DNA of 64,000 bases from an uncultured delta proteobacterium (GTDB lineage: Bacteria > Myxococcota > Myxococcia > Myxococcales > Anaeromyxobacteraceae), in NCBI GenBank assembly GCA_963766715.1, contig CAVYBH010000012.1:256001-320000 (forward strand). Reading direction: 5' to 3'. The notes below the pieces were generated by a model that saw only the letters and a program-made list of their open reading frames with translations, did no database searches and had not been told where the DNA came from. Positions within the stretch are counted from its first letter, which is position 1; each line of letters begins with the position of its first letter. A program made the translations under genes and the position numbers. Below, piece after piece: positions 32,656-43,594 of this stretch.

Positions 32656-33336
32656 ATGGACGTCCAACATCCCCCGGTGGTGAGTGATCTGCTTCGAACG
32701 CGGTTGGCGAGCTGGATTCTTCTCTTCGCGTTCGGAATCGAGGCGTTCCTCATCTCTCCCTGCATCGGAATGGGGTTGGTGCCGCTCTGGGTCGGCGCAC
32801 TCAGCGCATCCGTGACGCTGGTCGCGGCGGCCGTCGTGCTGCGGGCACACCAGAGAGTCAGGGGTCTCGTCCTCGCCGTCTTCCTCTTCGCCCTGGCCAT
32901 CCACTGGGGGCATCTCCTGGTGCCATCCCAGAGGACGGAGTTCCTGCTGGCGGCGGCCACGGCGATCACCTTTGGATTCTTCGCCGCGCTCTTCCTCGTC
33001 GAGGTATTCACCGCGGGGAGGGTGCCGAGCCGGCTGCTCGCCGTGCTCTCCGCGTACCTCTTCATGGGAGCATCCTTTGCTGGCGTCTATCACTGCGCCG
33101 AGCTCCTCCGGCCGGGCGCGTTCTCCATGCCTGCTGGCACGCATCCAGGATCGGCATTCCTCTACTTCAGCTTCACGAGCCTGACGTCCATCGGTTCGGA
33201 CGAAATCGTGCCCGTGAACCCCCTGGTGCGGAGCCTGACCGTGCTCGAATCCCTGACGGGCCAGCTCTACCTGGTCCTCGTGGTGTCCCGCTTCGTGGCG
33301 GATCGCCACGGCAAGGGCATGGGCAGTACCACCTGA
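32656..33336 (+). CDS. ion channel family membrane protein (pore-loop type)
   Basis: Several TM helices, then FLYFSFTSLTSIGSDEIVP...ESLTGQLYLVLVVSRFV. Confidence 0.8.
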   Translation: MDVQHPPVVSDLLRTRLASWILLFAFGIEAFLISPCIGMGLVPLWVGALSASVTLVAAAVVLRAHQRVRGLVLAVFLFALAIHWGHLLVPSQRTEFLLAAATAITFGFFAALFLVEVFTAGRVPSRLLAVLSAYLFMGASFAGVYHCAELLRPGAFSMPAGTHPGSAFLYFSFTSLTSIGSDEIVPVNPLVRSLTVLESLTGQLYLVLVVSRFVADRHGKGMGSTT

Positions 33337-33416
33337 GCGGAGCCTTGCATGAACGATCTGTCCGATGGCTCCTGCGTCTGGGAGAATGACGCCTCGAAAC
33401 CTCAGGGGACGCCAGC

Positions 33417-35048
33417 ATGACCTACCGCCACTCCGTCGCCCTGCTCGGCGTCACGTTCCTTTGCGCGTTCGCCCCGGGCGCCGCCGCGCAGGACAAGGGA
33501 GCCGCTGGGAAGCAGACCACCGCGACCGGCGCCAGTCTGGTGGTATTCAACCGCCCCATCGTCACGTTCCGGGTTCCGCTTCTCGACGTCGCACCCGCCG
33601 ACCGTGCGTCGCGTGCCGCCGACCGCATCGCGGACCTCCTCCAGCGACCTGGCAAGCAAGAGGTGACCGTCAAGACGAGCCCGCTGGGTCACATCGTGAT
33701 GATCGACGGGTCGATGGCGTTCATGGTCGGCACCGGGGACGCCGATCCCATGAAGGAGGAGACGCCCGAAGCGGTTGCGGAGCGGTCCTCCCGAGCCCTC
33801 GCGCTCGTCGTGACGGAGACGCGGGAGAGCCGGGATACGAAGGCGCTCCTCTGGGCCGCCCTGCTGGCACTGCTGGCTACCGCCGCATTTGTCGCGTCCG
33901 TGTGGCTCCTGGCCCGCCTCCGTCGCTCGGTGCACCGGCGACTGGAGACCCTGATCACCTCCCAGGCGAGGAGGGTCCGCGTAGGCGAGACCGAGCTCCT
34001 GGCCGGTGACCGCATCGCCCTGCTGGCCCGGCGAGGGGCGGACGCTCTGGTGGGGATCTTGGTCCTGGTGGTGGCCTACCACTGGCTCGGCTTCGTCCTG
34101 GAACGGTTCCCCTACACCCGCCCCTGGGGTGAGCAGCTCGTCGTGTTCCTTTGGGGAGCCTTCGGCACGGCCGGGCGAGCGATTGCTGGCGCGGTTCCGG
34201 GCCTCCTCTTCGCGGTGATCATCTTCCTCGGCGCTCGGGTCCTGGTGAACGTGCTGCGGACCATCTTCGACCGGGTGGAGCAAGGACACCTGACCCTCGG
34301 CTGGCTCGACGCGGACACCGCGCGCCCCACCCGCCGCATCACCAGCGCCATGATCTGGCTCTTCGCGCTCGCGCTCGCCTATCCGTATCTGCCGGGATCC
34401 GACACGGATGCGTTCAAGGGCATCTCCATCCTGGCGGGCCTGATGCTGTCGCTTGGCGCGTCGAGCGTCGTGGGCCAGGGAGCAAACGGGCTCATCCTCA
34501 TGTACTCCCGGGCATTCAAGCGTGGTGAATACGTGCGCATCGGGGACCGGGAAGGGACCGTCATCGAGGCCGGGCTCTTCGTGACGCGCATCCGGACCCC
34601 AGCTGGCAAGGAGCTCACGCTCTCCAACTCGTACGTGGTCGGTTCCGTCACGGAGAACTTCTCCCGCGGATTGCCAGGCCCGGGTGTCCTCGTCGAGACG
34701 GGGGTGACCATCGGCTACGACACACCGTGGAGACAGGTGGAGGCGATGCTGGTAGAGGCAGCCCGGCGCACGGAGCACGTTGCACGGGATCCACTCCCGT
34801 TCGTTGACAAGACCGAGCTGTCCGACTTCTACGTCGAGTACCGGCTGGTCGCGCGCGCCGTGCCAACCGACGAAGTTCCGCGACGCCGGATCCTGTCCAA
34901 TCTGCACGCCAACGTCCTCGACCTGTTCAACGACCACGGCGTGCAGATCATGTCCCCCCACTACGAAATGGACCCGCAGGAGCCCAAGGTGGTGGCCAAG
35001 AAGGACTGGTCCGTCGCCCCTGCACCGAAGCGCGAATCGGAGAACTGA
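33417..35048 (+). CDS. MscS-family mechanosensitive channel with periplasmic N-terminal domain
   Basis: YPYLPGSDTDAFKG, GLILMYSRAFKRGEYVRIG, TIGYDTPWRQV, GVQIMSPHY. Confidence 0.92.
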   Translation: MTYRHSVALLGVTFLCAFAPGAAAQDKGAAGKQTTATGASLVVFNRPIVTFRVPLLDVAPADRASRAADRIADLLQRPGKQEVTVKTSPLGHIVMIDGSMAFMVGTGDADPMKEETPEAVAERSSRALALVVTETRESRDTKALLWAALLALLATAAFVASVWLLARLRRSVHRRLETLITSQARRVRVGETELLAGDRIALLARRGADALVGILVLVVAYHWLGFVLERFPYTRPWGEQLVVFLWGAFGTAGRAIAGAVPGLLFAVIIFLGARVLVNVLRTIFDRVEQGHLTLGWLDADTARPTRRITSAMIWLFALALAYPYLPGSDTDAFKGISILAGLMLSLGASSVVGQGANGLILMYSRAFKRGEYVRIGDREGTVIEAGLFVTRIRTPAGKELTLSNSYVVGSVTENFSRGLPGPGVLVETGVTIGYDTPWRQVEAMLVEAARRTEHVARDPLPFVDKTELSDFYVEYRLVARAVPTDEVPRRRILSNLHANVLDLFNDHGVQIMSPHYEMDPQEPKVVAKKDWSVAPAPKRESEN

Positions 35049-35069
35049 AGAGGAAGGGGCCCAACCACC

Positions 35070-35876
35070 TCAGAAATACTGGTACCAGACCGCCCCGATG
35101 ACCGGGGAATAGCTCCTGCTCGGTTGAAGGTACGTGAACACCGACGCGTTCACCTCGATGACCTGGCCCGTGCCGAACCAATGCACGCCCAGCTGAAGGC
35201 CGACCTGCATGCGGAACTGCGACCACATGTCCTGTGCCGTCGTCCAGATGAACTCGGCACTGAGGAACGGCGTGAGCGAAGAGCCTGCCTCGCGGCTGAG
35301 GGGGAACTCCCTCTCCAGCTGGGGGCGCAGGCGCAGGCGCCAGATGAACGACGTGGGCAGATCGAGTTGCCACCGCGCCTCGACCCTGTTCCGGAGGGTC
35401 ACGAGGATCTCGCCCGGGAGCGACTCGCGAACCGTCGCCTCCCCTTCGAGCTCGAGGACGTCTGACCAACCGGAGGTCCCGGGAGAAGTGGTCGGGTACC
35501 AGGAGGCACCGAAGCGCACGTCGAGCCGGCGCCGCTTGGCGACGTCCGGGGAGAGAAGCGGACCTGCGAATGGCGCCACCAGCCAGGCTGCGTACACCCC
35601 AGCTCCCATCTCGGCATAGGACTGGGAAGGGATGAACGTCGGATCGACTCTCAGGAGGAGCCGGAACGCTTCTCCCACGTGATGGTAGAGGTTCAGCTCC
35701 GGCTGGACCTGGAGGCCCTGCGAGGGTCCGAAGAACGTCGAGCCATCTGCCAGGGACGGGGCCGGGAGGACGAGAGCGGAGCCGAAGAAAAGCGCCGCAA
35801 TCGACCGTCGGAGGCCGTCGGGCCGCCGGCACCGCCCGCATGAAACGCGAGCGGTACCGGGATCGGTCTCCGCCAT
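35070..35876 (-). CDS. outer-membrane beta-barrel (DUF2490-like)
   Basis: Amphipathic strands, RNRVEARW, WRLRLRPQLE, C-terminal WYQYF. Confidence 0.7.
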   Translation of the reverse strand: MAETDPGTARVSCGRCRRPDGLRRSIAALFFGSALVLPAPSLADGSTFFGPSQGLQVQPELNLYHHVGEAFRLLLRVDPTFIPSQSYAEMGAGVYAAWLVAPFAGPLLSPDVAKRRRLDVRFGASWYPTTSPGTSGWSDVLELEGEATVRESLPGEILVTLRNRVEARWQLDLPTSFIWRLRLRPQLEREFPLSREAGSSLTPFLSAEFIWTTAQDMWSQFRMQVGLQLGVHWFGTGQVIEVNASVFTYLQPSRSYSPVIGAVWYQYF

Positions 35877-35878
35877 GA

Positions 35879-36529
35879 TCAGAAGTGGAACTCGGGGGAG
35901 GCGACGAGTTGCAGGCCGCCAATCCAGTAGCCCTGGTAGCCGCCGCCCTCGAGGACGAGGTCCAGGCCGATGCCGAGGCGGTTGGCATTGAAGAACGAGG
36001 CGCCGCCGCCGATGCGGAACGCGCCGCCGAGGTTCGAGTTGGGGCCGATGTACATGCCGGCGCCGACGCGGAAACGGCCGACCGTGTCCTGGGTGGGGGG
36101 CCCGAACTTGGCCACGTAGTCGAGCGTCGGCTCCCAGATGGTGGCGCTCCTCGACACGCTCTGGGCGAGGGTGCCCGAGTAGAGCGTGGCGGTGGCGGTG
36201 CCCATGAAGACGTTGAAGCCGGGGCTGATGTTGTTCATCCCGCCCAGGTTGAAGTCGACCTGTGCGCCGAGCGTGAAGGGGATGTAGCTCACGGCCGTTC
36301 CCGAGCCGCAGGAGTACCCCGGGTAGAACCCGCCGTAGTAGTAGCAGTTGAAGTAGCCGGAGTTGAAGAAGCTCACTCCCACGTTCACGCGGGCGACGTT
36401 GTTCCAGATCTGGAGCTGCTGCACCGGCTGCGGCGCCTGGCCGGGCTGGGAGAAGGTGTACTGCGCGGCGGCGGGCATGGAGAGGGCGAGCATCGACGAG
36501 AGAACTGCCGCCCGAATCGTGTGACGCAT
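35879..36529 (-). CDS. small outer-membrane beta-barrel protein
   Basis: Signal peptide MRHTIRAAVLSSMLALSMPAAA, Gly/aromatic strands, C-terminal EFHF. Confidence 0.7.
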   Translation of the reverse strand: MRHTIRAAVLSSMLALSMPAAAQYTFSQPGQAPQPVQQLQIWNNVARVNVGVSFFNSGYFNCYYYGGFYPGYSCGSGTAVSYIPFTLGAQVDFNLGGMNNISPGFNVFMGTATATLYSGTLAQSVSRSATIWEPTLDYVAKFGPPTQDTVGRFRVGAGMYIGPNSNLGGAFRIGGGASFFNANRLGIGLDLVLEGGGYQGYWIGGLQLVASPEFHF

Positions 36530-36628
36530 CCTGAGCCTCCTGGGGACGGGGCGTGATGCCCCGATCACGGCTCGCGATTGATACCCGATGGCGACTCGAG
36601 GACAAGCACCAATCGAAGAGGGCGTGAT

Positions 36629-37648
36629 CTACTGACCGTGCAGTCCGGAGCGGGTAGCAGGAAATGCATGGACGCGACGGGCGCTGGAGCGCTGGAGCGT
36701 CTGGCGTGGCTCCTCGCCGAACATCTGGCGGTATGCGCCCGCGAACCGGCCGAACTGGAAGAACCCCCACTTCGCCGCGACGGAGGACACGGTGGTTCCA
36801 GGGGGGCCACGAAGGAGGTCGTGCCTCGCGGCATCCAGCCGGAGGGCCGTCTGGTATGCCCGGGGTGTCGCGTTGAAGATGGTCTTGAAGCTCGCGTGGA
36901 GGGAGCGGGGAGATGCCTGCACCGCCTCGCACATATGTTCGAGGTGGGGGGCCTCCGCCAGGGTCTGCCGGATGAAAGCGTCGGCTCGCAGGGCGAGATC
37001 GCGCCACGGTCTCTCGTTGCCCGGGCCGTCCACCAGTTCCGAGGCGTTGAGAAGCGCGCCGAGCACGTCCTCCTCCATCTGCGTGGCGACGGCCGGATCG
37101 CGAAGGATGTCGGGGTGTCGCACCGAAATCGTGATCCAGCGGAACCAGGACCGGGCAACGTCCTGGGACGCTCCCGGGAGCTTCGCCCGGAGGATCGGAC
37201 CCGATCGATCGAGCGGCAACGAATGACCCCAGCAGGCCCTGGCCAAGCGATCGAGGAGGTCACTCCGCACGGATACGGCGAGGGCGCGGTGCGGCGCCGA
37301 TCCCATGACCTCGTAGTGCATGCCGCTCGGAACGTAGGCGAAGTGGTCGGGCGTCCACGGCTGCCCCTGAAGGTGAAGGAACGGGCCGGCGAGCGCGATA
37401 CCCAGAATGCTCGTTCCCTCGACGGGTGCTCCTTCGACACGGCACCCGGGCGTCCTCGAGATGTAGGCGAGTTGCATCCGTTTCGTGGTTGCGACTGCGG
37501 CGTGGACGTGGGCCCTTCCCCGTCCGATTTGGGTGTAGCGCTCGTCCCAGGCGGAACTCAGCTCTCGTTGCACGTCGAAGTCATCGAACATGAGACGAGC
37601 TGCGGAGGGTGTGAACACAGCCTGGACATCGGGAGCAGGGAAAGCCAT
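36629..37648 (-). CDS. AraC-family transcriptional regulator (EutR-like)
   Basis: SPRSLHASFK, LRLDAARHDL, VAAKWGFFQFGRFAGAYRQMFGEEP. Confidence 0.9.
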   Translation of the reverse strand: MAFPAPDVQAVFTPSAARLMFDDFDVQRELSSAWDERYTQIGRGRAHVHAAVATTKRMQLAYISRTPGCRVEGAPVEGTSILGIALAGPFLHLQGQPWTPDHFAYVPSGMHYEVMGSAPHRALAVSVRSDLLDRLARACWGHSLPLDRSGPILRAKLPGASQDVARSWFRWITISVRHPDILRDPAVATQMEEDVLGALLNASELVDGPGNERPWRDLALRADAFIRQTLAEAPHLEHMCEAVQASPRSLHASFKTIFNATPRAYQTALRLDAARHDLLRGPPGTTVSSVAAKWGFFQFGRFAGAYRQMFGEEPRQTLQRSSARRVHAFPATRSGLHGQ

Positions 37649-37820
37649 GACGCCGAATATTAGATGAAAACACCCTAATTCGAGCGCACAGATGCTCCCC
37701 GAAAGGGTCAAAACATCGCTTATCCCCACGCTGGGGCATATCGCGAAGTGAATAGACCGAGCCGTTACCCCGGCCTACTCACTCCGGTGGGACACGCGAC
37801 ACCCACAGCCCGGAGCGGAG

Positions 37821-38513
37821 ATGGACATGAATTCACCGAGGATTATCGTCGTCGCAGCACTCGCCCTTCATGCCGCCGCGGCGTCGGCCCAGGCAAACGT
37901 CGGGGAGAATGCCGCCAAGACCGTCCAGATCGTCCAGTCGAGGGCGGCGAACGCCACCCTTCTCAAGCAGTACACGTGGAACGAGCGCATCGACTTCCTC
38001 GTGAACGGGCAGGAGAAGGACCTCCGCATCGATCTCGTGAACATCGGGCCCGACGGCAAGCTCCAGCGCACGACCCTGAACGACGAGAGCTCGCCGCTTC
38101 CGCGCGGCTTCTTCCGCAAGAGGATCGCGGAGGGCAAGAAGAAGGACCTTCAAGAGTACATCCAGGGACTGAGCGAACTCCTCCACAAGTACACGCTGCC
38201 CACCCCCGGCGCGGTCCTGGACTTCCTCGACGCTGCGACGACGGTGCCGTCTGGCCCCGGCCAGCTCATGGTCACGGGCCAGAACGTGGTTCAGCCAGGG
38301 GACTCGCTCACGATCTATCTCGACGCCGCCACGAAGAAGACGCAGCGCCTGGTCGTCAGCACCACGTTCCAGGGCAACCCGGTCAACCTCACGGCGACCT
38401 TCGCGACCTTGGCGAGCGGCCTCAACTACCCTGCCTACGCCGAGGTGGTGGTCCCGGCCAAGGGCTACGACGTCCGGGTCCAGAACTTCAACTACCAGCA
38501 GAACGGCATGTGA
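37821..38513 (+). CDS. secreted hypothetical protein
   Basis: Signal peptide, NATLLKQYTW, beta-rich; SD GGAG upstream. Confidence 0.75.
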   Translation: MDMNSPRIIVVAALALHAAAASAQANVGENAAKTVQIVQSRAANATLLKQYTWNERIDFLVNGQEKDLRIDLVNIGPDGKLQRTTLNDESSPLPRGFFRKRIAEGKKKDLQEYIQGLSELLHKYTLPTPGAVLDFLDAATTVPSGPGQLMVTGQNVVQPGDSLTIYLDAATKKTQRLVVSTTFQGNPVNLTATFATLASGLNYPAYAEVVVPAKGYDVRVQNFNYQQNGM

Positions 38514-38536
38514 AGCGTCCCCGGGGAGGAATTCCC

Positions 38537-41056
38537 ATGCGATGTGGCCGCTCGGTGCGGGCGGCAGCCCTTGCTGCCGTGCTCGTCCTCGGCGCACCGG
38601 TCCGGGCCCAGGCGCCTGGCGAGGCGCCGCCACCGGCCAGCGACGTGACGCCGGACCCGTGGCCGAAGTCGGCCACGCAGGGCGGGACGAGCTTCACGAT
38701 CTACCAGCCGCAGCTCGACAGCTGGGACGACTACACCTACAAGGCGCACGCCGCGGTGCGAGTCCTGCAGGCGGGCGCGAAGGACCCGGTGTTCGGGGTC
38801 ATCGAGATCACGGCCTATACCATCGTCGACCGGCCGAACCGCGTGGTCTACATCGAGGGAATCACGATCACGAAGGCCACCTTCCCGTCGGCGCCGGCGA
38901 ACGCCGGGTCGTGGCAGGCGAGCATCCAGTCCATCGCGTCGAACGGTCCGTCCACCATGTCCCTCGGCCGGCTCGAACAGGCTCTCGCCATCGAGGGCGC
39001 CGAGCGAAGGTCCCTGCGGGTCCCCGTCCAGAATGCGCCCCCCCGGATCGTGTTCACCCAGCGCACGGCGGCGCTCGTGCTCGTGGACGGCGAGCCCATC
39101 TGGTCGCCCGTGCAGGGGACGAAGCTGGAACGGGCCATGAACACGCGGGCGCTGCTCATGAGGGACCCGGCGGGGCGCCTTTACCTGCACTTGCTCGACG
39201 GGTTCGTGACGGCACCGGACCTCGCCGGTTCGTGGGTCGTCGCAACGAAGTTGCCGTCCGGCGCTGCCGAGGCGGCGAGGTCGCTCGGGAAGAAGGGGCT
39301 CGTCGATCTCATGGAGGGATCCCCCGACGAGCAGACGCACGCGAAGCCGACGCTGGCCGCGGGCATTCCGGTGGTGGTCGTCGCGACTTCCCCGGCCGAG
39401 GTGATCACCACGAATGGCCCCATGGATTGGATGCCCATCGAGGGGACCCAGCTCATCTACGTCCAGAACACCACGGGCAACGTCTTCATGGATCTCGTGG
39501 ATCAGCAGTACTACGTGCTCGTCACGGGGCGCTGGTTCCGATCGGCTTCCCTGGTCGGTCCTTGGACCCACGTGCCAGGCAAGGACCTGCCGCCGGACTT
39601 CGTCCGCATCCCCGACACGAGCCCCAAGGAGAACGTGAAGGCATCGGTTCCCGGGACCGCGCAGGCCCAGGAGGCGGCGATCGAGGCGGGGATTCCGCAC
39701 ATGGCCACGGTCTACGTCGCGAAGGTGTCCTTCAATCCCATCGTGAACGGGGCGCCCGAGCTGAAGCCCGTTCCGGACACCCCGCTCATGTACGTCTTCA
39801 ACACGCCGCAGCCCATCATCATGGTCTCGGCGAATCAGTGGTACGCGGTGCAGGCGGGCATCTGGTTCGCGGCGCCGAGCCTGCAAGGGCCCTGGACCGT
39901 GGCCACCTCGATCCCGGCGGTCATCTATTCGATCCCGCCCAGCTCGCCGCTCTTCTACGTCACCTTCGTCCAGATCTACGCGGTGTCCCCGGGCGTGGTC
40001 GTCGTCGGGTACACCCCGGGCTACACCGGTGTGGTCATCACGCCCGACGGGACCATCGTGTACGGAACCGGATACGTCTACCCGGCCTACGTCACGGCGA
40101 CGGTCTGGTATCCACCCCCAGTCACGTACGGTTACGCGGCCAACCCCACCTACACTCCCTGGACCGGGTTCGCGATGGGCTTCGCCATCGGCTGGTCGGC
40201 GGCGCACTGGTGCTACGCGCCGACGCCGTACTGGGGCGCCATGCCGTACTACTACCACCCGCCCGTCCCGTACGGCGGCGCCTACTACGGTACCGCGTAC
40301 CACGGCACGGCCTACGGTGCTTACGGGGGGGCCGCGACGTGGGGCCCTGGTGGGTGGGCGGCGACGAGCGGCAACATGTACAGCCACTACGGGTCCACCT
40401 CGACCGTGTCCCGCGACTCGGCAGGCTACAACGCGTACACGGGCACCGCGTGGTCGAGCAAGGTGGGGACCTCCTACAACTCGGCCACCGGGCGGATGTC
40501 GGCGGGTCAGTCGGCTTCGGCCTCCAATGCCTACACGGGGGGGTACGCCTACGGCAACCGGGGCGCCACCTACAACCCCAGCACGGGCGTGAGCGCCTCG
40601 GGCGGCAAGGCCACGGTGGGCAACGCGTACACCGGGCAGCAGGCCACCGTCGGACATGCCACGGTCACCGGGCCTGGCGGCCAGTCCACGCACGTGGCCG
40701 AGGTGAACGACAACTACTACGCGGACCACGACGGGAATACCTACAGCCACAACTCCTCGACCGGCCAGTCGCAGAAGTACGATTCCAGCACGAACTCCTG
40801 GAACTCGGCGTCGAAGCAGGAGAGCGCGAACGGCGCCAACGTGTCGCAGTCGCGCAGCTCCGGGGACGCGCGCTCCTCGTCTTCCTCCTGGGGAGGCGAC
40901 TGGGGCGGTAGCTCGAGCCACAGCGGAGGAGGAGGGTCGGGCGGTGGTGGCGGGGGCAGCCGGAGCTGGGGCGGCGGTGGTTGGGGTGGGGGTGGGGGAG
41001 GCGGCGGCGGCGGAGGAGGAAGCTGGGGCGGTTTCCACGGGGGAGGACGACGATGA
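38537..41056 (+). CDS. large secreted hypothetical protein with Tyr/Gly-rich repeats and poly-Gly tail
   Basis: Signal peptide, IYQPQLDSW, YYVLVTGRWF, IYSIPPSSP, GYTPGY, NAYTG repeats, GGSWGGFHGGGRR end. Confidence 0.8.
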   Translation: MRCGRSVRAAALAAVLVLGAPVRAQAPGEAPPPASDVTPDPWPKSATQGGTSFTIYQPQLDSWDDYTYKAHAAVRVLQAGAKDPVFGVIEITAYTIVDRPNRVVYIEGITITKATFPSAPANAGSWQASIQSIASNGPSTMSLGRLEQALAIEGAERRSLRVPVQNAPPRIVFTQRTAALVLVDGEPIWSPVQGTKLERAMNTRALLMRDPAGRLYLHLLDGFVTAPDLAGSWVVATKLPSGAAEAARSLGKKGLVDLMEGSPDEQTHAKPTLAAGIPVVVVATSPAEVITTNGPMDWMPIEGTQLIYVQNTTGNVFMDLVDQQYYVLVTGRWFRSASLVGPWTHVPGKDLPPDFVRIPDTSPKENVKASVPGTAQAQEAAIEAGIPHMATVYVAKVSFNPIVNGAPELKPVPDTPLMYVFNTPQPIIMVSANQWYAVQAGIWFAAPSLQGPWTVATSIPAVIYSIPPSSPLFYVTFVQIYAVSPGVVVVGYTPGYTGVVITPDGTIVYGTGYVYPAYVTATVWYPPPVTYGYAANPTYTPWTGFAMGFAIGWSAAHWCYAPTPYWGAMPYYYHPPVPYGGAYYGTAYHGTAYGAYGGAATWGPGGWAATSGNMYSHYGSTSTVSRDSAGYNAYTGTAWSSKVGTSYNSATGRMSAGQSASASNAYTGGYAYGNRGATYNPSTGVSASGGKATVGNAYTGQQATVGHATVTGPGGQSTHVAEVNDNYYADHDGNTYSHNSSTGQSQKYDSSTNSWNSASKQESANGANVSQSRSSGDARSSSSSWGGDWGGSSSHSGGGGSGGGGGGSRSWGGGGWGGGGGGGGGGGGSWGGFHGGGRR

Positions 41057-41106
41057 CTTGCCGCGCCGATCCCCGTTGGCGTCGAATGGATCCACGGAGG
41101 CTTGGC

Positions 41107-43588
41107 ATGCAAATCAGGGAGCTTCGCGTCGTCCTGCTCGTCCTTTGCCTGGGAGCCCCGCTCCTGGCCCTCGCGCAACAGGCCGCCCCTCCGGGCTCGC
41201 CGATGGCGACGACGACGCTGGACGGCAAGCAGATGCCACCGCCCGATCCGAAGTTCGGCGGCGTGATCCGGGAGAGCGCCTCCGAGTCGAAGGCATGGTG
41301 GCCACCTCGGGTCGTGCCGCCGAAGGGCGCGCCCAACGTGCTGCTCATCATGACCGACGACAGCGGATTCGGCGCGCCCGGTACCTTCGGCGGGGTCGTC
41401 CCGACCCCCGCACTGGATCGCATCGCAAAGAACGGTCTGCGCTACACGAACTTCCACTCGACGTCGCTCTGCTCCCCCTCGCGCGCCGCGCTCATCACCG
41501 GGCGCAACCACCACGTGGCCGGCTTCGGAGTGGTGGGTGAGATCGCGACGGGGTTCCCCGGCTACGACTCGATCATCCGGAAGGAGAACGCCACCATCGG
41601 CGCCATCCTGAAGGACAACGGGTACGCGACCTCGTGGTTCGGCAAGGACCACAACACGCCGTTCTACCAATCGACCCAGGCCGGGCCCTTCGACCAGTGG
41701 CCCAACGGAATGGGCTTCGAGTACTTCTACGGCTTCGTCGGAGGCGACGCGAGCCAGTGGCAGCCGAACCTGTACCGGAACACCACGGCCATCTATCCGT
41801 TCCAGGGCAATCCCGGCTGGAACCTGACGACGGCCATGGCAGACGAGGCGATCCAGTACATGAAGGAGATCAAGGCGGTCGCGCCCGAGAAGCCGTTCCT
41901 CGTCTACTACGTGCCGGGGGGAACCCACGCGCCCCACCATCCGACGCCGGAGTGGATTGAGAAGGTGAGCGCCATGCACCTGTTCGACGGCGGCTGGAAC
42001 AAGCTGCGCGAGACCATCTTCGCGAACCAGAAGCGGCTGGGCATCATGCCCGGGGACGCCAAGCTGACCGCCGTGGCCGAAGGAACTGCCGGAGTGGGAT
42101 TCGCTCGGCTGGCTGGAGAAGAAGCTGTTCATCAAGCAGGCCGACGTCTTCGGCGCCTACCTCGCCTACACGGACAACGAGATTGGCCGCGTCATCCAGG
42201 CGGTCGAGGACATGGGCCAGCTCGACAACACCCTGATCATCTACATCGCAGGGGACAACGGGGCGAGCGCGGAAGGCATGCTCAACGGCACGCCGAACGA
42301 GTTCACCACCTTCAATGGCGTCCCGGTGCCGGTCAAGGACCAGTTCCTCTGGTACGAGTTCTGGGGGTCCGACCGGACCTTCCCGCACTTTGCGGCGCCC
42401 TGGGCGTGGGCGCTGGATACGCCGTTCAAGTGGATGAAGCAGGTGGCGTCGCACTACGGCGGGACGGCGCAAGGCATGGCCATGTCGTGGCCCGGACACG
42501 TCAACGACCCCGGGGGCGTCCGAAGGCAGTTCCACCACCTCATCGACATCGTCCCGACCATCCTCGAAGCAGCGCGCATTCCGGCGCCGGAAGCGGTCAA
42601 CGGCATCAAGCAGCGCCCCATGGACGGCGTGAGCATGGCGTACACGTGGGACAAGGCGAACGCCAATGCCCCGTCCCGGCACGTCACGCAGTACTTCGAG
42701 ATGCTCGGGAACCGCGCCATCTACCATGACGGCTGGCTGGCGGCGACGACCCCGGCGACGCTCCCGTGGGAGCTCTCCAGCGCCAAGGCGCCCGACGTGA
42801 TCACCGGGTACGCGTGGGAGCTCTACAACGTGGCCAAGGACCCCACGGAGTCGAACGACCTCGCGGCGCAGATGCCGGACAAGCTCAAGCAGATGAAGGA
42901 CCTGTTCTACGCCGAGGCCAGGAAGCACGACGTATTGCCGCTCGACAACACGACGCTGGCGCGCTGGAACGGGCCCAAGCCCAGCCTCACGGCCGGCCGG
43001 ACGGTCTTCACCTACTCGGGACCCGTCTCGGGAATCCCGAACAGCGGGGCTCCCAGCATCCTGAACAGGTCGTTCACGATCACTGCCGAGGTCACGATCC
43101 CCGAGGGAGGCGCGGAAGGCATGATCGTCACCGACGGCGGGCGCTTCGGCGGCTACGGTCTCTTCCTGAGCAAGGGCGAGCTGGGATTCGGCCGTGGCAA
43201 GCCGGTGTTCCTCTACAACCTCCTCGACCTCAAGCGCACGGCGTGGGAGGGCTCCGAGCTCGGGGCCGGCAAGCACACCATCGTGTTCGACTTCAAGTCC
43301 GACGGTCCGGGCCTGGGCAAGGGAGGGACAGGCGTGCTCCTCGTGGATGGCCAGGAGGTGGCCAGGAACTCCATGGAGCACACCACCCCGATCACGTTCC
43401 CGGAGGACGAGACCTTCGACGTCGGTCAGGACACGCGCACGGGGCTCGCGATGATCGAGTACCGCTACGACGTACCGTTCAAGTTCACCGGGACGATCAA
43501 CAAGCTGACGTTCAACCTCGGTCTCCAGCAATTGACTGAACGGGAACGCGCCCAGATGCAGGAGACCGTCGCCAAGGCACGCGACTAG
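41107..43588 (+). CDS. arylsulfatase, Cys-type, secreted (frameshift near 42070)
   Basis: PNVLLIMTDD, CSPSRAALITGR, FGKDH, GGTHAPHH, GDNG, QYFEMLGNRAIYHDGW. Confidence 0.93.
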
Positions 43589-43594
43589 GAACGC

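Noticed and set aside
40890..41050. G-rich tract as a G-quadruplex or CRISPR-like repeat
   Set aside because: Fully explained by Gly/Trp codons of the protein tail; no spacer-repeat structure.
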